64,000 bases of DNA. Source: Moniliella sp. 'wahieum' (Eukaryota). Shown in pieces: positions 42,128 through 55,630 of this stretch. How positions within the stretch are numbered: the first letter of the stretch is position 1; the number at the start of each line of letters is the position of its first letter. The position numbers were made by a program, and so were the translations under genes. The stretch covers positions 186,001 to 250,000 of the forward strand of contig RSEE01000077.1 of NCBI GenBank assembly GCA_003971905.1, given 5' to 3'. The notes beneath the pieces were generated by a model that had not been told where the DNA came from, made no database searches, and saw only the letters and a list, made by a program, of their open reading frames with translations.

Positions 42128-43872
42128 TCTGTGTATAGCGATTCGAGAGAGGTTTTGATCTTCGTCAGTCCCGCTCGTGGTCTCCACCCCCGTTGCCGCC
42201 GTAGGTTGTCGTGCTGTGTATGTGGCTACACACAGAGATCTGTGGGTATATCGGGATTAATTATACACGTCAAGTATAGTATACCCGTCTCTCTTGTGAT
42301 CGATTCAGCTGCCTTCTCAGGGAACGATCGCGATATGATATATGGTGGTGGTAAGGTCATCATTCATGCCTCAAGCCGAGGAACGGTTGTACTTGGTGCA
42401 ACCAATACATCAGGTATTTGTTGGCTCGATCCATCTCCTATGCCATATGGGATCGGGACTGCGTGAAAAGAAACGGGTTTTGCTGAAACGGTGCGCGAAA
42501 TTTGAAGAAAAGGTTCTTTACTTGAATGAACGCTGCACTTCAGGCTTCAGGAGCGCAGCATTCTCAGCGGGCTATCCAATTTCCAAGGCCATCCATTGGA
42601 GACCTTTTCTGCGCGTTCCATATATGATGCTCAGCCCATGGGCGTGATCAACCTTTACCACCACAGTAGGGTACCATGCGATACCAGCTTTACTTTTACT
42701 GGACTTGTGTATATGTTGCTGGTTATCGATTTGATCCAGATTTGCGGGTAGCTGTGTTCGTCCTTAAGGGTTTTTTAAGGGATTAAGCGTTACGCGCGCG
42801 TTACGCGTTAAGCCTCTAAGCGCCAAGCGCTAAGAGTATATACGCCGTTACATCGGAGTAGTACCTCTCGGGGGATATACGTTGGACACTTCCGAGGCCT
42901 GTATGACGTGTGTGGGGGATTCGTGTGGCATATGGTGGGGAAGTACCCAGGTACATCCAGGATTCCTACTGGCGGGTGGCTCAGGCTGAGCACAACGCAC
43001 ATTGCGAGAAGCGCTGAAGCGCTGAAGCCGAGCGTATGATCGAGATCTGAGATCTCAATGAGATCTCAGTCTGAGAGCCGAGAAGATCGGAACGGACGTG
43101 TCACGTGTAGCACCGGTCGCAGACGCGTGACGCGTGACGCGTGAACCGTGAACGCGTGAACGTTGAACAGTGTATGTTGAAGTTGTGGCGCTGAGGCGCT
43201 GAGGCGCGGAGAGTAACTAGTAACCGGTACCCGATAACTGGCTGAGATCATCGATCATCGATCAGCGTACTGAGTCGAATAGATATGTATGCAAGCTAGA
43301 ACCAAAGCCTCGATCCAGATCCCGACGGGACCAGTGCAACACCTGTGCAAGTACACGGGGTACTTTTGAAGCGGACCCCATCAAGCATAATGCATTACCG
43401 GATTATCGATTACCTCTTATAGCTGTGTTGATGCAGTTGATGTCTCTCTCTATACAGCGTTTGGGTGTCCCATTAAATGCCCCACCTCTGGGGTTGATCG
43501 ATTTCAACCAAACGCAAATGCAGAGAGAATTATTAGGGAAAAAGAGGATGGAAGACGTGAGAGAGGGTTGATGGGTTGATGGTTGATGGATCGATGATTG
43601 ATGGACTGATCAGTGAGAAGCAGCGGACGAGGGAGAAAAGAACAAGGAAAGCTCAAGACCTGGGGGGCTGTAGGCGGTAGGCGTAATAGAGGAGTGAGAG
43701 GTATTAACGTTTAACGTGGCCCTCTCCATGGCAAGAACAAAATTGTGGAAGCGTAATGTAACGTTGACAGCAACAGTAGTCGAGAGGCAAATCAGAATTA
43801 AGATGTCGGGTGGAGGAATGCACAGAGCTCCACACGCGTGTTTCGGTAGAAAAGACGGATGCCGGTGCTTGT

Positions 43873-45255
43873 TTAGAATGGCAGTGTGTGTAAGGGAATC
43901 GTGATCTCATCCCCATGGTCCAAACAGAGGCTGAGGCAACCAACATCCAACATCTTAGAAGTATGTGTTTGGAACAAAAAGAGAAAATCGGCAAGCATCA
44001 TGTCGTCGCCAGCAACCCAAGAAAGTTGACGTTGTGGAAAAGGAAGGAGAAGAAGGGAGGATTAGGATCAGTTAAAGGGGGCGCCGGGTGCGTCGACGTC
44101 TTTATCGTTACTGGTACCGGGAGGCACAGAGAAGAAATGAGGAGCGGGTCCATGTTGTGGGAACCAAGACGATGAGGAGAAAGTACCTCGTCATGAGGTA
44201 AAGCAGTGGCCATATTGGTCAATGGACTGACAAACGACGAAAGCGTACTGGCTGCCGTCCTCGAAGACAATGATGAGGGGGAGTACTCCAATTCAGGCTC
44301 AGGTTTGGGAACCATTCGATGGGAAAAGTCAACAGGGTAGGATGGTTGATGGTCGAATCCCTCGCCCCAAATATCTGGTGTGTCAAGGTCTGTCCCTCTG
44401 GAACTGGCATCGGATTGCATCCGGGCTTTTTCTCGGCCCCATTGTTGCTCATGAGCCGAAGAGACGGGTCCCAGAAAGATTGGCTTCGATCTCTGCGAAT
44501 CGAGGCAACGGTTCATCATCCGCTCCCTCCATTTTCTCCGTCCCGGTCGAGCCTAACGTAGCAGCGTCCGGGCCAAAAGGAGACGGCAGATCTTGGGAGG
44601 TGGGAAGGGGAACCGTCGGGCGCACATCAACAGGACTCTTGAGCGAGGGTGCCGAAACAATCCTACGAAGCAAATTGTTCTCTTGTTGCAAGCGGCCAAC
44701 GAGGGAAGACAACGACTGGTTTTGTGTCACCATCTCACTTTCTTTGATTTGAAGCGAGTCAACCAGAGTCTCGAGCTGGATAATCATAAGCGAGGTAGGG
44801 TCAGTATCTTGTGGTTTATGATGAACTGGGGTTTACTGACCTCATTCAGGCGACTCTCCTTGCGTCGGCGAAGAGCACGTTGAGCATTACGGTTCTGCTC
44901 GCGCCGACGAGCCATACGTGCTTCGCGTGGGAGACGGGTAGAAGAGTATGGACGACCAGTGGCCTTGCTCACTTTTCCGGGCCTGGCCTTTGCAGACTGA
45001 GAGGAGGTGGAAGTGTCAGAGGGGCTTGCTGAGAGACGGGTATGGGTTGTGCCTCTTGCTCCCAAGGAAGTGCCGTGAGGCTTGGCACGTCCGAAGGCCT
45101 CGTTGTTGGCAGCAAGGCATCAAGTGGTCCGTAGTTGCCGGTAAATGTTGATCGTGGGTCGTAGTGGAGAGGAGAGGGAATACGGTGTCTTCCATGGCTT
45201 GTGTAGCAGGTGCAGGTGCAGGCGTGCACACAGGGGGAGGAGCGTCGTTACTCAT
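43873..45255 (-). CDS. AP-1/Yap-like bZIP transcription factor
   Basis: Basic region ARRREQNRNAQRALRRRKESRLNE, an intron (about 44778-44840), then leucine zipper LETLVDSLQIKESEMVTQNQSLSSLVGRLQQENNLL; 3' end inferred across frameshifts. Confidence 0.85.
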
Positions 45256-46642
45256 GGGGGCAGATCGACAAAAAGAGGGAATAAAAGAGGTGGAGGAGAG
45301 AACTAAAGGCTGAGACGGAAGAGACGATGGACAATGCGACGGAAAAGCGATGGAGGCAAGAGGCTGAAAGAAGAAGAGCAGAAGCAAGGAATACTGATGA
45401 GGCGAGGATAAGGATGTTTTGAGAAGCAGGGTATGGTGCGGTCAGAGGGCAAAGGTGCGTGACGCAGTGCATGCTGGTGCTGAGGTTGGGCCCTATTTAA
45501 TTGGCAAATTTATCGAAGCACGCCGATGATGCAATGATGGCCTTCAAGCTTCAAGCTTAATGCCCTCACGCATCTTCATGCTCTTCATCATGCCCGCCCA
45601 ACTTAATTCTCAAAAGTATACATACCACAAAACCACCGAGATCTTGCCGGAGCCGAACGCCCCCAAAACTGTGTTACTACTAGGCGGGTATTCACTTGTA
45701 GCGTCTCTGGCTTCTGCGCGCTATTACCTCTATTACCCACGGAGTTGGGAGATCTCAGGATCTCAGGTCTCACCGGTCACTCCGGTCACTAGAGCACAAG
45801 GACTTGTTGCCCCTGAGATTCCGAGGCTCTTGAACAAAAAAAGCTCTTTAAAAGTCATCGAGCTAGCTTTCTCCGGAAAGGGAGAGTTCCGATGGGGCCA
45901 CACAACGTGTACATGTCAATGCAAAATGGTACCCTCTCCCCCGATCAGATCGATCAGCGTGCTTGGCCTTGGGGAGCAGTGCACACATACACGTCCATGT
46001 GATAGTATGGTTGGGGTATTAGAGATGTCTGCCACATGTCAGGAGTGATTTGCCGTGCGCACGCCCACATCCAACACACAGGTTTTGTCGATGGTGCGCC
46101 CAGGCTCAGCGCTGAGCCGCTGAGCCAGTGCTGAGCTTCCGTACTTCGGCGCAGCGTCACGCGTCAACTTCAACAGTCCAAGGTCCAACCCCATTGGTAT
46201 CAGAACCCCGAAAACCGACCGCATCGGGTGGCCTGCGGCATTGGCACAGGCGGCACCCACGCAGGCCGATTGGCACCAGCACCTGGGACTGGTCTGCGCT
46301 ACTGCTCGGCCCAGCGCCCAGCTACGCCCGAAGGTCCCGTGTGGGATGCGGACCCTCGCAACCTTAATCACCAGCGATCGGGGATTTTCGATTCCGTCCA
46401 GGTCTGCGCTTCGTAGGTCCAAGGGTTACCGCCAGGCGCCTTGTACGCTAGCGCTCCCATGCCCATGTCCATGCCCCTGCCCCCGCACTTGATTAATGAT
46501 TTGGTCCCCGCACGGTGGTTTGGGCTGCGTTCGGGCGCAGCCACCTGAGGCCAGGTGGGGCAGGCGGCCACATCAGGCATCAGGTGCGTCAGGCGGATGC
46601 GCAGACGGACGCACATCCGACCGTTCAAATCTAGACATCGTT

Positions 46643-47086
46643 ATGGCAAGCCACCAGCCACCACAGACCCCCACCGACCACAACGTCCAACCACTCCACC
46701 AGGTGCATCATAACAGTAATGTACTCCGCTTGCACCAACCCGATCGCTACTCCTCCCCTGTGTGCATGCATGCAGCCTCCGCTCTCCCTTGGTCCAATTC
46801 ATCCCAGCCAGCACCCGGCCGGCCAGCGCGGCCAGCGATGACGACAGCGACGCAACGGATAAATACCAAGCTGCGTACCGGGCCACGATTGCCATCTTCA
46901 ACAAGCTTGCTGAGGAAGGTCAACAGCTGGGGGTCCAGGGCATCGGGTCTATACGTCTTGCAGTGGGACTGGGAAGAATGCTTAGCGTATGTTGCGCTTC
47001 GCAGTGCAGAGATAACATGGCAGTTCGTGCGCTTGAGCTCCATTCGACTTGAGCGCATAGTACGCGCCCGAACGACGCTCAGTTAG
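46643..47086 (+). CDS. Small hypothetical protein
   Basis: ATG 46643, possible intron about 46703-46775, helical coding-like segment DKYQAAYRATIAIFNKLAEEGQQLG. Confidence 0.35.
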   Translation: MASHQPPQTPTDHNVQPLHQVHHNSNVLRLHQPDRYSSPVCMHAASALPWSNSSQPAPGRPARPAMTTATQRINTKLRTGPRLPSSTSLLRKVNSWGSRASGLYVLQWDWEECLAYVALRSAEITWQFVRLSSIRLERIVRARTTLS

Positions 47087-47689
47087 CGTATCCACTGCTA
47101 CAGACCAGTGATATAAGATCCAAAAGAAATGCACTGTCCTCCCCTGCGACCAAAAGCGCCCAAAGGAATACCGGTATGGGACATGGGAAGCTTCCCGGGA
47201 CATGGGGGAAAGCCGAGTGCGACTGACTATCTGTCTCCCCCGCAAGTGGATCTGCGGAAGTGGCAGAAGGGGTATAGCTGAATCGTGATGCATCTTGTAA
47301 AAATGGTAGAACACAGATCATCGATCATCGAGCATCTTGACGATCTCGATCACCTTCATCATAATCAGCGAGCGCTCAGCCTGAGCCCGCACGGTCCCCC
47401 GGTTGCCCTCTGCAGGATGCTCTCCACCGAGGGGCCATGTACCACAGGTACTGGCGTGACATGTGACATGTGATGACGCCAATGCTGTTCCTACGTCCCA
47501 TGTCGCGCGTCACGTCTAGCATCCTCTGCCTGCCCCGCTTCAGCTTCAGCTTCACCTCGCCTCGAGAGCGCCGACGTGTGTGGCTACGCAGCCCAAAACG
47601 GCGACTAGGGGGAACTGCGATTGTGGGCGCGTATACGCTGGAGGCTTGGGATCGTATAGTTTACACGCACTAGCACAAAGAAGGGGGGA

Positions 47690-47830
47690 AGGGCACCCGG
47701 ACAGGCACCCAGACACCCAGACAGATACCCAGGCACCCAGGCACCCAGGCAGACAGACAAATGGGCAGATGGGCAGACAAGCAGACAGGCAAGCAAGCAA
47801 ACAGGTAGGCAAACAGACAGACAGACAGAT
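47690..47830. repeat. Compound low-complexity repeat (GGCACCCA / AGAC / AAGC units)
   Basis: Directly visible just 3' of MED16. Confidence 0.7.
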
Positions 47831-47907
47831 CGCGACACGCACGCTCAGCGCTTGCGGGTCCTTTAACGCGTACTCCCGCCACCACGCGGAGCCGGTGGCA
47901 CGTTGTG

Positions 47908-50900
47908 CTACAGCGCAAACCAGCGGCTGCCACAGAGACACGAGGAAGCGAATCCGCCCTGGGTGGAAGGACGGGTGAGGCGCCGCAGGCCGGGCAGATA
48001 CCCAGGGCGTAACCGGTCTGCTTGGGGAGCTGGAGCTGGTGTGGGGGGGCAGAGAGAGGCAAGTGGGAGCGGGGGTGATGCCCACAGCTGCGGGGGTGGG
48101 TACCAGAGCATCCAGTCCGCCACCGGGTGTGGTAGGGGGGAGAGCAGGGGGAGGAAGTTGGGTAAACCGCTGGTGTAGCCGGAGCGAGCGGCAGACGTTC
48201 TTTGGTGAGCATATCGCGTGGTGGGGCGGTAAAGCGAGGTCAGCTACGCCACCGGCAAATAGTACCCCGTTGGAGCGGGACGGATCCACAGGTCGCATCC
48301 ACTCTTCGTCCCAGTTCGTTTCCCCTGCCGCCTGGGGGGCCAGGAGGAGCGCCAGCCCGTCCTGGATGCACCCGTTGTGTGCGTCCCCCAGTGCGGCAAA
48401 CAGTTGGGCCAGGGCGGTATCGCGAGACTGGGTGCCAGGGGGCCGTGGATCCCAGACGGGACCCTCGGCTGCACCTACCGCCGCCTTGCGCGTCTCCAGT
48501 ACCTTCGCCACAGCCGTCAAGTCGAGCACGCTATGGCGGGCTTGTTGCTGGAGCAAGTGCGAGACGACCTTGGCTTGATCCAGTAGACTCTGGAGCACAG
48601 CGGGTTCGAGCCAGGGCACCTTGGTGATCGGTGTGACTGTCGAGGTTTGTTCCGTCGGATTGCGTTGCAGATACTTTTTGTCCTTGCGGTCCCGTAAATC
48701 CCGCCGCGCGGCTGCGCAGCGTAGTGGGCAGCACATCAAGAAACTCTGTGCTTGGGGCGGCGTATCGGGCTTCCCCTTGCGAGCCACTGGTGAAATGCCA
48801 ACACGTGTCGGACCGCGCGCAGCCACAGATCGCACCCCGTGGGACCCAGGAGGGAGCGCACCCACAACGACGAAGCATCCTCCTTCCATACCCGTCTCCA
48901 GGCGCTGAACGCGCATCCTCATCAACCTCCACATGGAGCAGGGCGAGACGGAAGAGGAAACAAAGCTGTTCCCCGACCCATTCGGAAAAGCGGAGCAAGG
49001 TCCAGGCATGATCAATAACATAGTATCCATCGTTTTTGCGCGCCGTCGCTTCCGCTGGGAAGGGGAAAGCTCAACGTTGGCACGTGCCATCCTCTGAGAT
49101 TGGTCAAAGAAGCGTACGATGGTGGCTAGCTCCAACAGTGTTCTCGCACCCCGGTGGCCCTGGGCTGCTTTGGTCAGGTCTCGTAACAAACTCGCGTCTT
49201 GGTACGATGCGCCTTGTCTCAACGGAAGGCGAGGAATGCCCCCTTGAGCAGGTCCCGCAAACGGGATCCATCGCTTGCTTGGTTCCGAGCCGGATCTGCT
49301 GAAGCACAAGCTTACCGTGCGAGTCGATCTGGGCAAAGAACCCAAAGTCGCTCGAAAAGGCCGGCGCGCAATCGAGAGCGCCATGCACGCTCATCCGCAT
49401 GGGAGAAGGGGAAGTTGAAGCTTCCTTGGCCACTCCTGTAAGGGGGACCAGGGGTAGAGATAGCCAGTCCTCACGTCCGAACCTCCCTTGGTCTCGGAAA
49501 GGCCCACGAACAAATTCGACCGCATCGTGACAAAGCCCGATGGGGGCGGGACGAATCGTGCGATGGCATGGTCCAGCTCCTTGTCGGAGAGCACTGTGGT
49601 GACCCAATCAGTTTCCTCTGCCTCGGTGCCGCCAGTCTGGGAAAAGGGAGGAAGAAGGGGAGCTTTTGTATCTTGTGTTTCTTTCATCATGGGGCTGTGG
49701 TTCCCGAGGTGCTGAAACGCTTGTGACACCTCGTTTTGCGGTTGCACCGCCTTCAGCTCCCATGCGATCAGGCGGGTGCCCGATGGCGACAAGGCAGCTG
49801 CGGGCTCGTGTCTTGTTGAGGGGCAGGATCCCCAAGGGCGATCCATCTGGGGCGGGCGGAGCCACAGCAGGCGCAGTTCGCCACACACAGTGCCGTGCCA
49901 GAGGAGACGTCGGAGGCAGATGCGTCTCTCGTCTCGGTTCTGGGCAAGTGGACGAGTTGGACATCTTGGATTCCTAGCAGGACGAGTCGCTCACTGCATT
50001 CGGTTGCAGGTGCGCTGGCGGGACGAGGGGCGAGGAGGAGGATTGGAGAGAATCGTTGCGCGAGTGAGGAGGGGTCTGACTGCGAGCCGCGATGGCAAAG
50101 GAGATGGGCCAGACGGGAGCAAGTGGACAGGTACGCATAATGTCGCCCTCTACACCCTCGAGAGACCAGGAGAGTTTCACCTCTGTCAACCAGATGGCCT
50201 CCTCCCATGGATCAACAGAATGAGACGGGTTCCGTTCCCTGTCCCCATCAGTACTGCCTCGGCCGTCCAGCCCGAATGAGAAGTTGCCGTGCGCATCAAA
50301 AGCTATCGTCATCACAACGAACAGTTAGTACTAAAGGGAAGGGCATGCCACAGTCAACTCACAAGAAAGTCCCGATGTACCGGTAGAGGAGGAGCACAGT
50401 TCCCGTGTTTGCATTGCGACCAAGATCGAGTTGCTCTCCTTGATCAAGCCAATGCTCGACCGCACCACCCACGAGGCGCGCGCAACTCCGAATTGGCATT
50501 CACGTAGCTTCTTGGTCTAGATGGCAACGGCGAGTCGAACGGTTCGATGCTTGAGACGAGGCAAGGCATGCACCCAGTAAGCTAGCCTCGAGGATAGAGA
50601 ACAAACGAGGGAGTGTCCCCTTTTCTGCCCATCGAGTCAGGCGATGGAACTGATACACCTTCCCCTGGGATCCAACCAAAATGAACGCCTCTTCTTCTCC
50701 CTTTTTGTGCCCGCGGAAAGGAAAACTGGGGTCCTCGTACTGGCGTACGGGATGCCGGTGCCGATGAAAAGGGGTCCAGCATGGGCCGTCGGCCCAGACC
50801 AAGCCAGCACAACTCCACAGGTTCGTCCGACAATTGGTCCATCCCCTCATTGGGTTTGACCAAGTTCTCGACCGCTGTGCGAACCGAGGCGCGATGCACA

Positions 50901-52050
50901 TCTCCGCTTACCAAGGCCGAGCCGGCAAACAGTTCTCCAAACGTAGGATCCTGTGGCAGACCCGACGTTGAGGCAGAAGCGGTAGCCAAGCAAGACGTAT
51001 TCGACACGAATGCTGCACCAGCACCCAGTCGTTCAACGCCCCGGATTTGCCTCGAGACCAAATGCAAAGACGCCCTAGCGGAATGTCGGTGCACGCATGG
51101 CCGGGCGGGAAGTAGGCGACTAAAGTGCGTCCCGAGGGGCTGAAGGATACCAGCCGAGCTGCTGCCAAGGCCGATGAATCCAAAGCGGACGCAACATGAT
51201 TGGTGGCTGCCTCGGGAGGAGCAGTGGTCGGGAGGGCATGCGCGTCTTCGTGTGGAGGGTGGGGGAGAAGGTACGGCGTTGGTCGAGTAGGTCCGAAAGG
51301 TGACCTCGCTGAGGGTCAAAGGGAAGTGGTACACCAGTTGGTCCTTTGTCACCCGAGGTGGTCGAAGATGACGGGCCGGGAGTAAAGAGGGCGGATAAAG
51401 TCGATGGGCGATAGACGGGTGAACTCGCGATCTTGGGGGGGATGCAGCCTGGTACTTGTGTACAGCCGCAGGCACGAGCGAGATGCAAGGCTGAGAAGAG
51501 CGTGGGGGGGTAGCGGCAGGTGTCGGCAAAGGCGATCAGGTCATCGCATGACCAATCGATGGGTGCTGAGTAGCCCCCAGAGCATCCGTTTTGCTGGTAC
51601 CTCGCTCGTCTTTCAAAGCAGCATCAGCTGGTGCGGTCTGTACAGCGTCGGCGAGCTGCAGCCACGCACGGGCTCGGGTCCGGACGGGAGAGGATGGAGT
51701 GGACGAGGGCTTCAGGATAGAGAGGGGCGAATGGTTGTCAGGGAGGGAGGATGGGGGATGCTGCGGCAGTGAGGGTTTGCGGTGGTGGGCGAGCTAAAAC
51801 AGAAGGGAGGGGGGCGACGAAGCGTCGTGCACGGCCGGTGTGTGGCAGCTGAAGCGATGCTTGTCGGTGCCGGCGGGGAGAGCACGGACGGGGAGGCGGC
51901 GGAGGGGGCAGGAACAGGGTGTGGGGCGGCAGGATGCGGGTAGGGGCCGCTGAGGCGCGGCTGCTTGGTGTGTGGGAAGGGCAGGGCATCAATGACAGCG
52001 AGGTCGTCCCACTTGCGCTTGGGGTGCGCAGCGACCGACGTGGGGGTCAT
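47908..52050 (-). CDS. MED16: Mediator complex subunit 16 (Sin4)-like protein
   Basis: Beta-propeller-like segments VSFSPSGRTLVAYFP-LCIWSRG-LNDW and IAFDAHGNF; C-terminal DMLTKERLP...SCLCGSRW resembles the Med16 C-x-C-G-x-x-W end; heavily frameshifted. Confidence 0.6.
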
Positions 52051-52496
52051 TGTCGATCGGGAAGAAGGAGCAGGGGGGCAGGGGGCAGCGTGTGCACGAG
52101 AGTCAAGCGCAGCCCCTTGGAGTGGGCTGGGTGGTGGTGGTTGGGGAGTGGCAAGTGCAGGCGGTGGTGGGGGGGGGGTGGTGGTGGTGGCGTGGTGAGG
52201 AGGTGGTGAGGAGGCGGCGAGGGATCGACTTGTTCGGCCGGCGTGGTCGGGGCGGGAGGGGCTGGCTGGGTTTGGGTGGGTTTGGATTTGGATTTTGTTT
52301 TATTTTTGTTTTGATTTTGCTTTTGGTGGGCGGATGCGGGTTTGGCGGTGTGGATGGATGCGCACAGCGTACGCGTCGACTGGTGGGGCCGCCGACGCGA
52401 GCAGGACGCTGCCGACGCTCTTCTGCCCGCTGCTCTGCTGCTCCGCCCCGCCGCCGCCTTCTCCCCGCCATGCCGGGCGCCCACCCCCACCCCCAC

Positions 52497-55400
52497 ATGG
52501 CCGGCCAGGCGTCGCTTCCCGCACGCACGCGTCTTGTCGACCAGGCGCTGAGCCCCGCTATGGACGTGTTTGCTCATCACGCCCCGCCCCCCCTCCTGCC
52601 CCCGGCGCGGGCCCCGCTTGCCACACGCCATGCCACCCAAACATGTCCCTCGCCCAGCGCCGCATGAGCGAGATGCTCCTGCGTCGTCAGGCTGCCAAGT
52701 CTGGTGCGGCAACTTCCCTTTCGCCCGCTGCCAGTGGCCCCAACTCTGAGCCGGCCCGGGGCGCTCCCCTTCGGCTGGAACTATGGGCTTGGCAGCGGAC
52801 TGTGTCCGTCTCTGGGACGCGAGTGTCCCCGGCCCAACATCTTTACCCCATCCACCTCCAACCAGCCCGAACGTGAAGATTGCTCGGTGCTTGGAATCGG
52901 ATGGAGCCCCGATGGTACGTATTGTGCTTGACCCAACCGAGCGTCTCCTGACCGTCTGACTGCCGTTCTGTCTAGGTCAAAAGATGCGATCCATATTCTT
53001 TTGACCCGGCTTGGCTCTTCGGCGCCCGCCAAGCCACTGCGGTTCTTCTTCTCGACGTGCAACAGGTGCTGTGATCAAGTGCATTCGAATGGGCGAAACA
53101 CGGGCCCTGGCGGGCGTCTTGGACCAGCCCACGCCACCTCTTGTCGGGGGGCATGACCAAGCAGCAGACATCCTCCGAGACCGATTTGGATCCCGCTTCT
53201 ACCGTAACCGTGCTGCACACCCTTCGCAGTTTAGCGCCGCTTCCGTCTCTACCTGCATTACTGGCCTATGCTCCTCCTCGACAAGAAAGCAGTGGTGCCA
53301 CACAGGGGCGCATGCTGCCACATCAAATGCGGCTGCACCAGCTCATAGACGGCACTGGTCTACAACAATCCTCTGAAAAGCACGAAGTGGATGGATGGGA
53401 GAGTGGTACCGAGCCAAGCGGCTGCGCAGTGGCTCAAGGTTCCCGTGTCGGGGCCGTGGGAAGGGGCATGCGCCTCCAGCTACTTACTCTCTTGCCCAAA
53501 TCCCCGTTTTGCCATTTCTCCCTCCAGATGGGGGATGGTGGACACGAGTTCCCCCCACCTGGAACGGGGAGGCGTGGAGGTGGTCGCTCTCGGCGAGCGC
53601 GGAGTAGAACAATTGGAACGAGATTGTATCGGATGTGCTTCTTGTTCGCATCCCGATGGGAAATCACATTTCTGGCTCAGGGAACCGTCCGGTCGCCTGC
53701 CTTCCCGCTGATGGGAAACTTATCGATGTCAGCTGGTCTGGTCCCGGTGAGGCGCTGGTGGCGCTGGTCCAGGACGGAGACCAACCCATGCCGTATTGTA
53801 CCACACTCTTGTCGAGCCCACTCGCACCTCGGACCGGGGTTGACGGAGCAACGCAAGTCACATATCTACCACCCTCCACCATTCTCATGGCATATACTCT
53901 GGATGTACTCCATGCCATGCGCCATGCTTGGCACCACACCTTTTGCCCTGCTGCCAAGGAGTGGCAGACGCACGCTGACGAGATGCGATCCAAGTTCTCC
54001 GTCAATTGGAAGTTGGAACTCATGGCTGCGATGGCGGCGGGACGGATGGGGGATGGACTGAGCCACATTATGCTCAGCGAGATCAACGAAAATGTGAGCA
54101 CTTGTTGTCACTTGCGATCGAGGCTTGTTTACTGACGTCCCTCCTTTTCACGGCAGGCGTTAAATCGGTTACAAGACCGCATGTACAGTTCTCTCCGATT
54201 TCTTCGACGAGCGGCAGCGACCGCCCTAGGTCCCTGTTGCGAACGTCTGCTCCTCGTTTTGCAGGCCCTGCGGGCTCACGGGCTGGCGAAACCAGGGTTG
54301 GAGGCAAGCGAAGAGGAGACGTTGCCAACACCTCTTACGCCTCAGTCTGGCTGTGGAGATCGAGTCAGAGAAGGAACTGTTGGCGTTGGGTGAATTTTAC
54401 CTGTGGTGGCGGGGCGAACATGACCTTCAAGAAACCGAAACGCTTGAAGGGTACACGGTAGGACACGACGTGCTCACCACCGTCGAGTTTGTCCAGCGTG
54501 GCTTTGTCAACCCATTATTGCTCCGGCTCTTTGGTGCGTCGGACCTACTCGCCCCCCCCGCCCCAGCCTTGGAGAGCAAGTTGGATCTTGACGCCATACT
54601 GGCTGAGACCGAGGCATTAGTAAGTACCCCTCCCTTGCAGGCCGGGGACGTGCTTGTGCCAGCTGCGCACTCCCAACGTACGAGCAGCTGGGCCAAGTGT
54701 TCCAAACGAGCTTTTCCATTCCCGGACCGGGCGACACGACCGAGTCGGGGTCGGGAGACCTGCCTCCGCTGGAGGTTCGAGGGGGCTTGTGGGCCTGGCG
54801 GCATGCGGTCCAACATGTTTCCCAACGTTTGCAGCTGTGCCCGCTTGAGATTCCTGTGCCGACGCAAGGTCCGTCGTGGTCCCTGTCTGCCCCGCCTCGT
54901 TCGGGTTGGTGCCGGTGCGACAAGTCACATCCTTTGCGCCCGGCGCGGATGCGGATGCCACAGCATCACCCACTCCGCAAGGGACTTGCATTTACCTTGT
55001 ACCTCTCACCGGAAACCGACGGATTCTTGTCATGCACCATCCCGATCCTGATCCCGACCACTCCCACACTCACTCCATCCACCTCGTCTTCCTACACGGT
55101 CCGAATGTGAGCCAGCATATCGTGATTGAGGTAGTGCTCTCTCCCCCTGACAAAGTTGGGGCCGTCAAGATGCTCCGTCATGGGCAGGAGGGGGAGGGGA
55201 GGAGGAGATCGTGCTCCTCCTTCACACACCCAACGGCGACAGGCTCATTCATACCTCGCTCTCCCAAGTGCTGCTTGAAGCCCAAGAAGCAACTCTTTCC
55301 TCTGCTCCATCCCCCTTACGATTGCGATGGCGTCTGCCCCCTTCGGATCGGGTTGAGGGCAGAGCTACGGTGGGAACAGCCATACGGCTCTTACGTATTT

Positions 55401-55630
55401 GCCGCTTCCTCGGGCCGAGAGAGAGTGGCCGGTTGTCGGTGTGACGGAGAAACGGGGCGGTCTGGCTGTGATTCTGTCGGCGTCGGAACCTGCTGCTGCC
55501 GGCCCAGAGGCCACGAGGCAAGCGCTGGTCTATTGGGATTGGACCCGTGCAGAATAGCAAATCCGGCCAAAATGATATTGGGTTCCATTGGTGCGCCCTG
55601 CGGCGCCTACCAACTGAAGACTGAAGACTG
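52497..55630 (+). CDS. APC4: Anaphase-promoting complex subunit 4
   Basis: N-terminal SPAMDVFA and IGWSPDG (ANAPC4 WD40-type motifs); helical domain LELMAAMAAGRMGDGLSHIML-ALGPCCERLLLVLQALR-LGEFYLWWRGE; introns 52915-52976 and 54094-54156; 3' end approximate. Confidence 0.75.
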
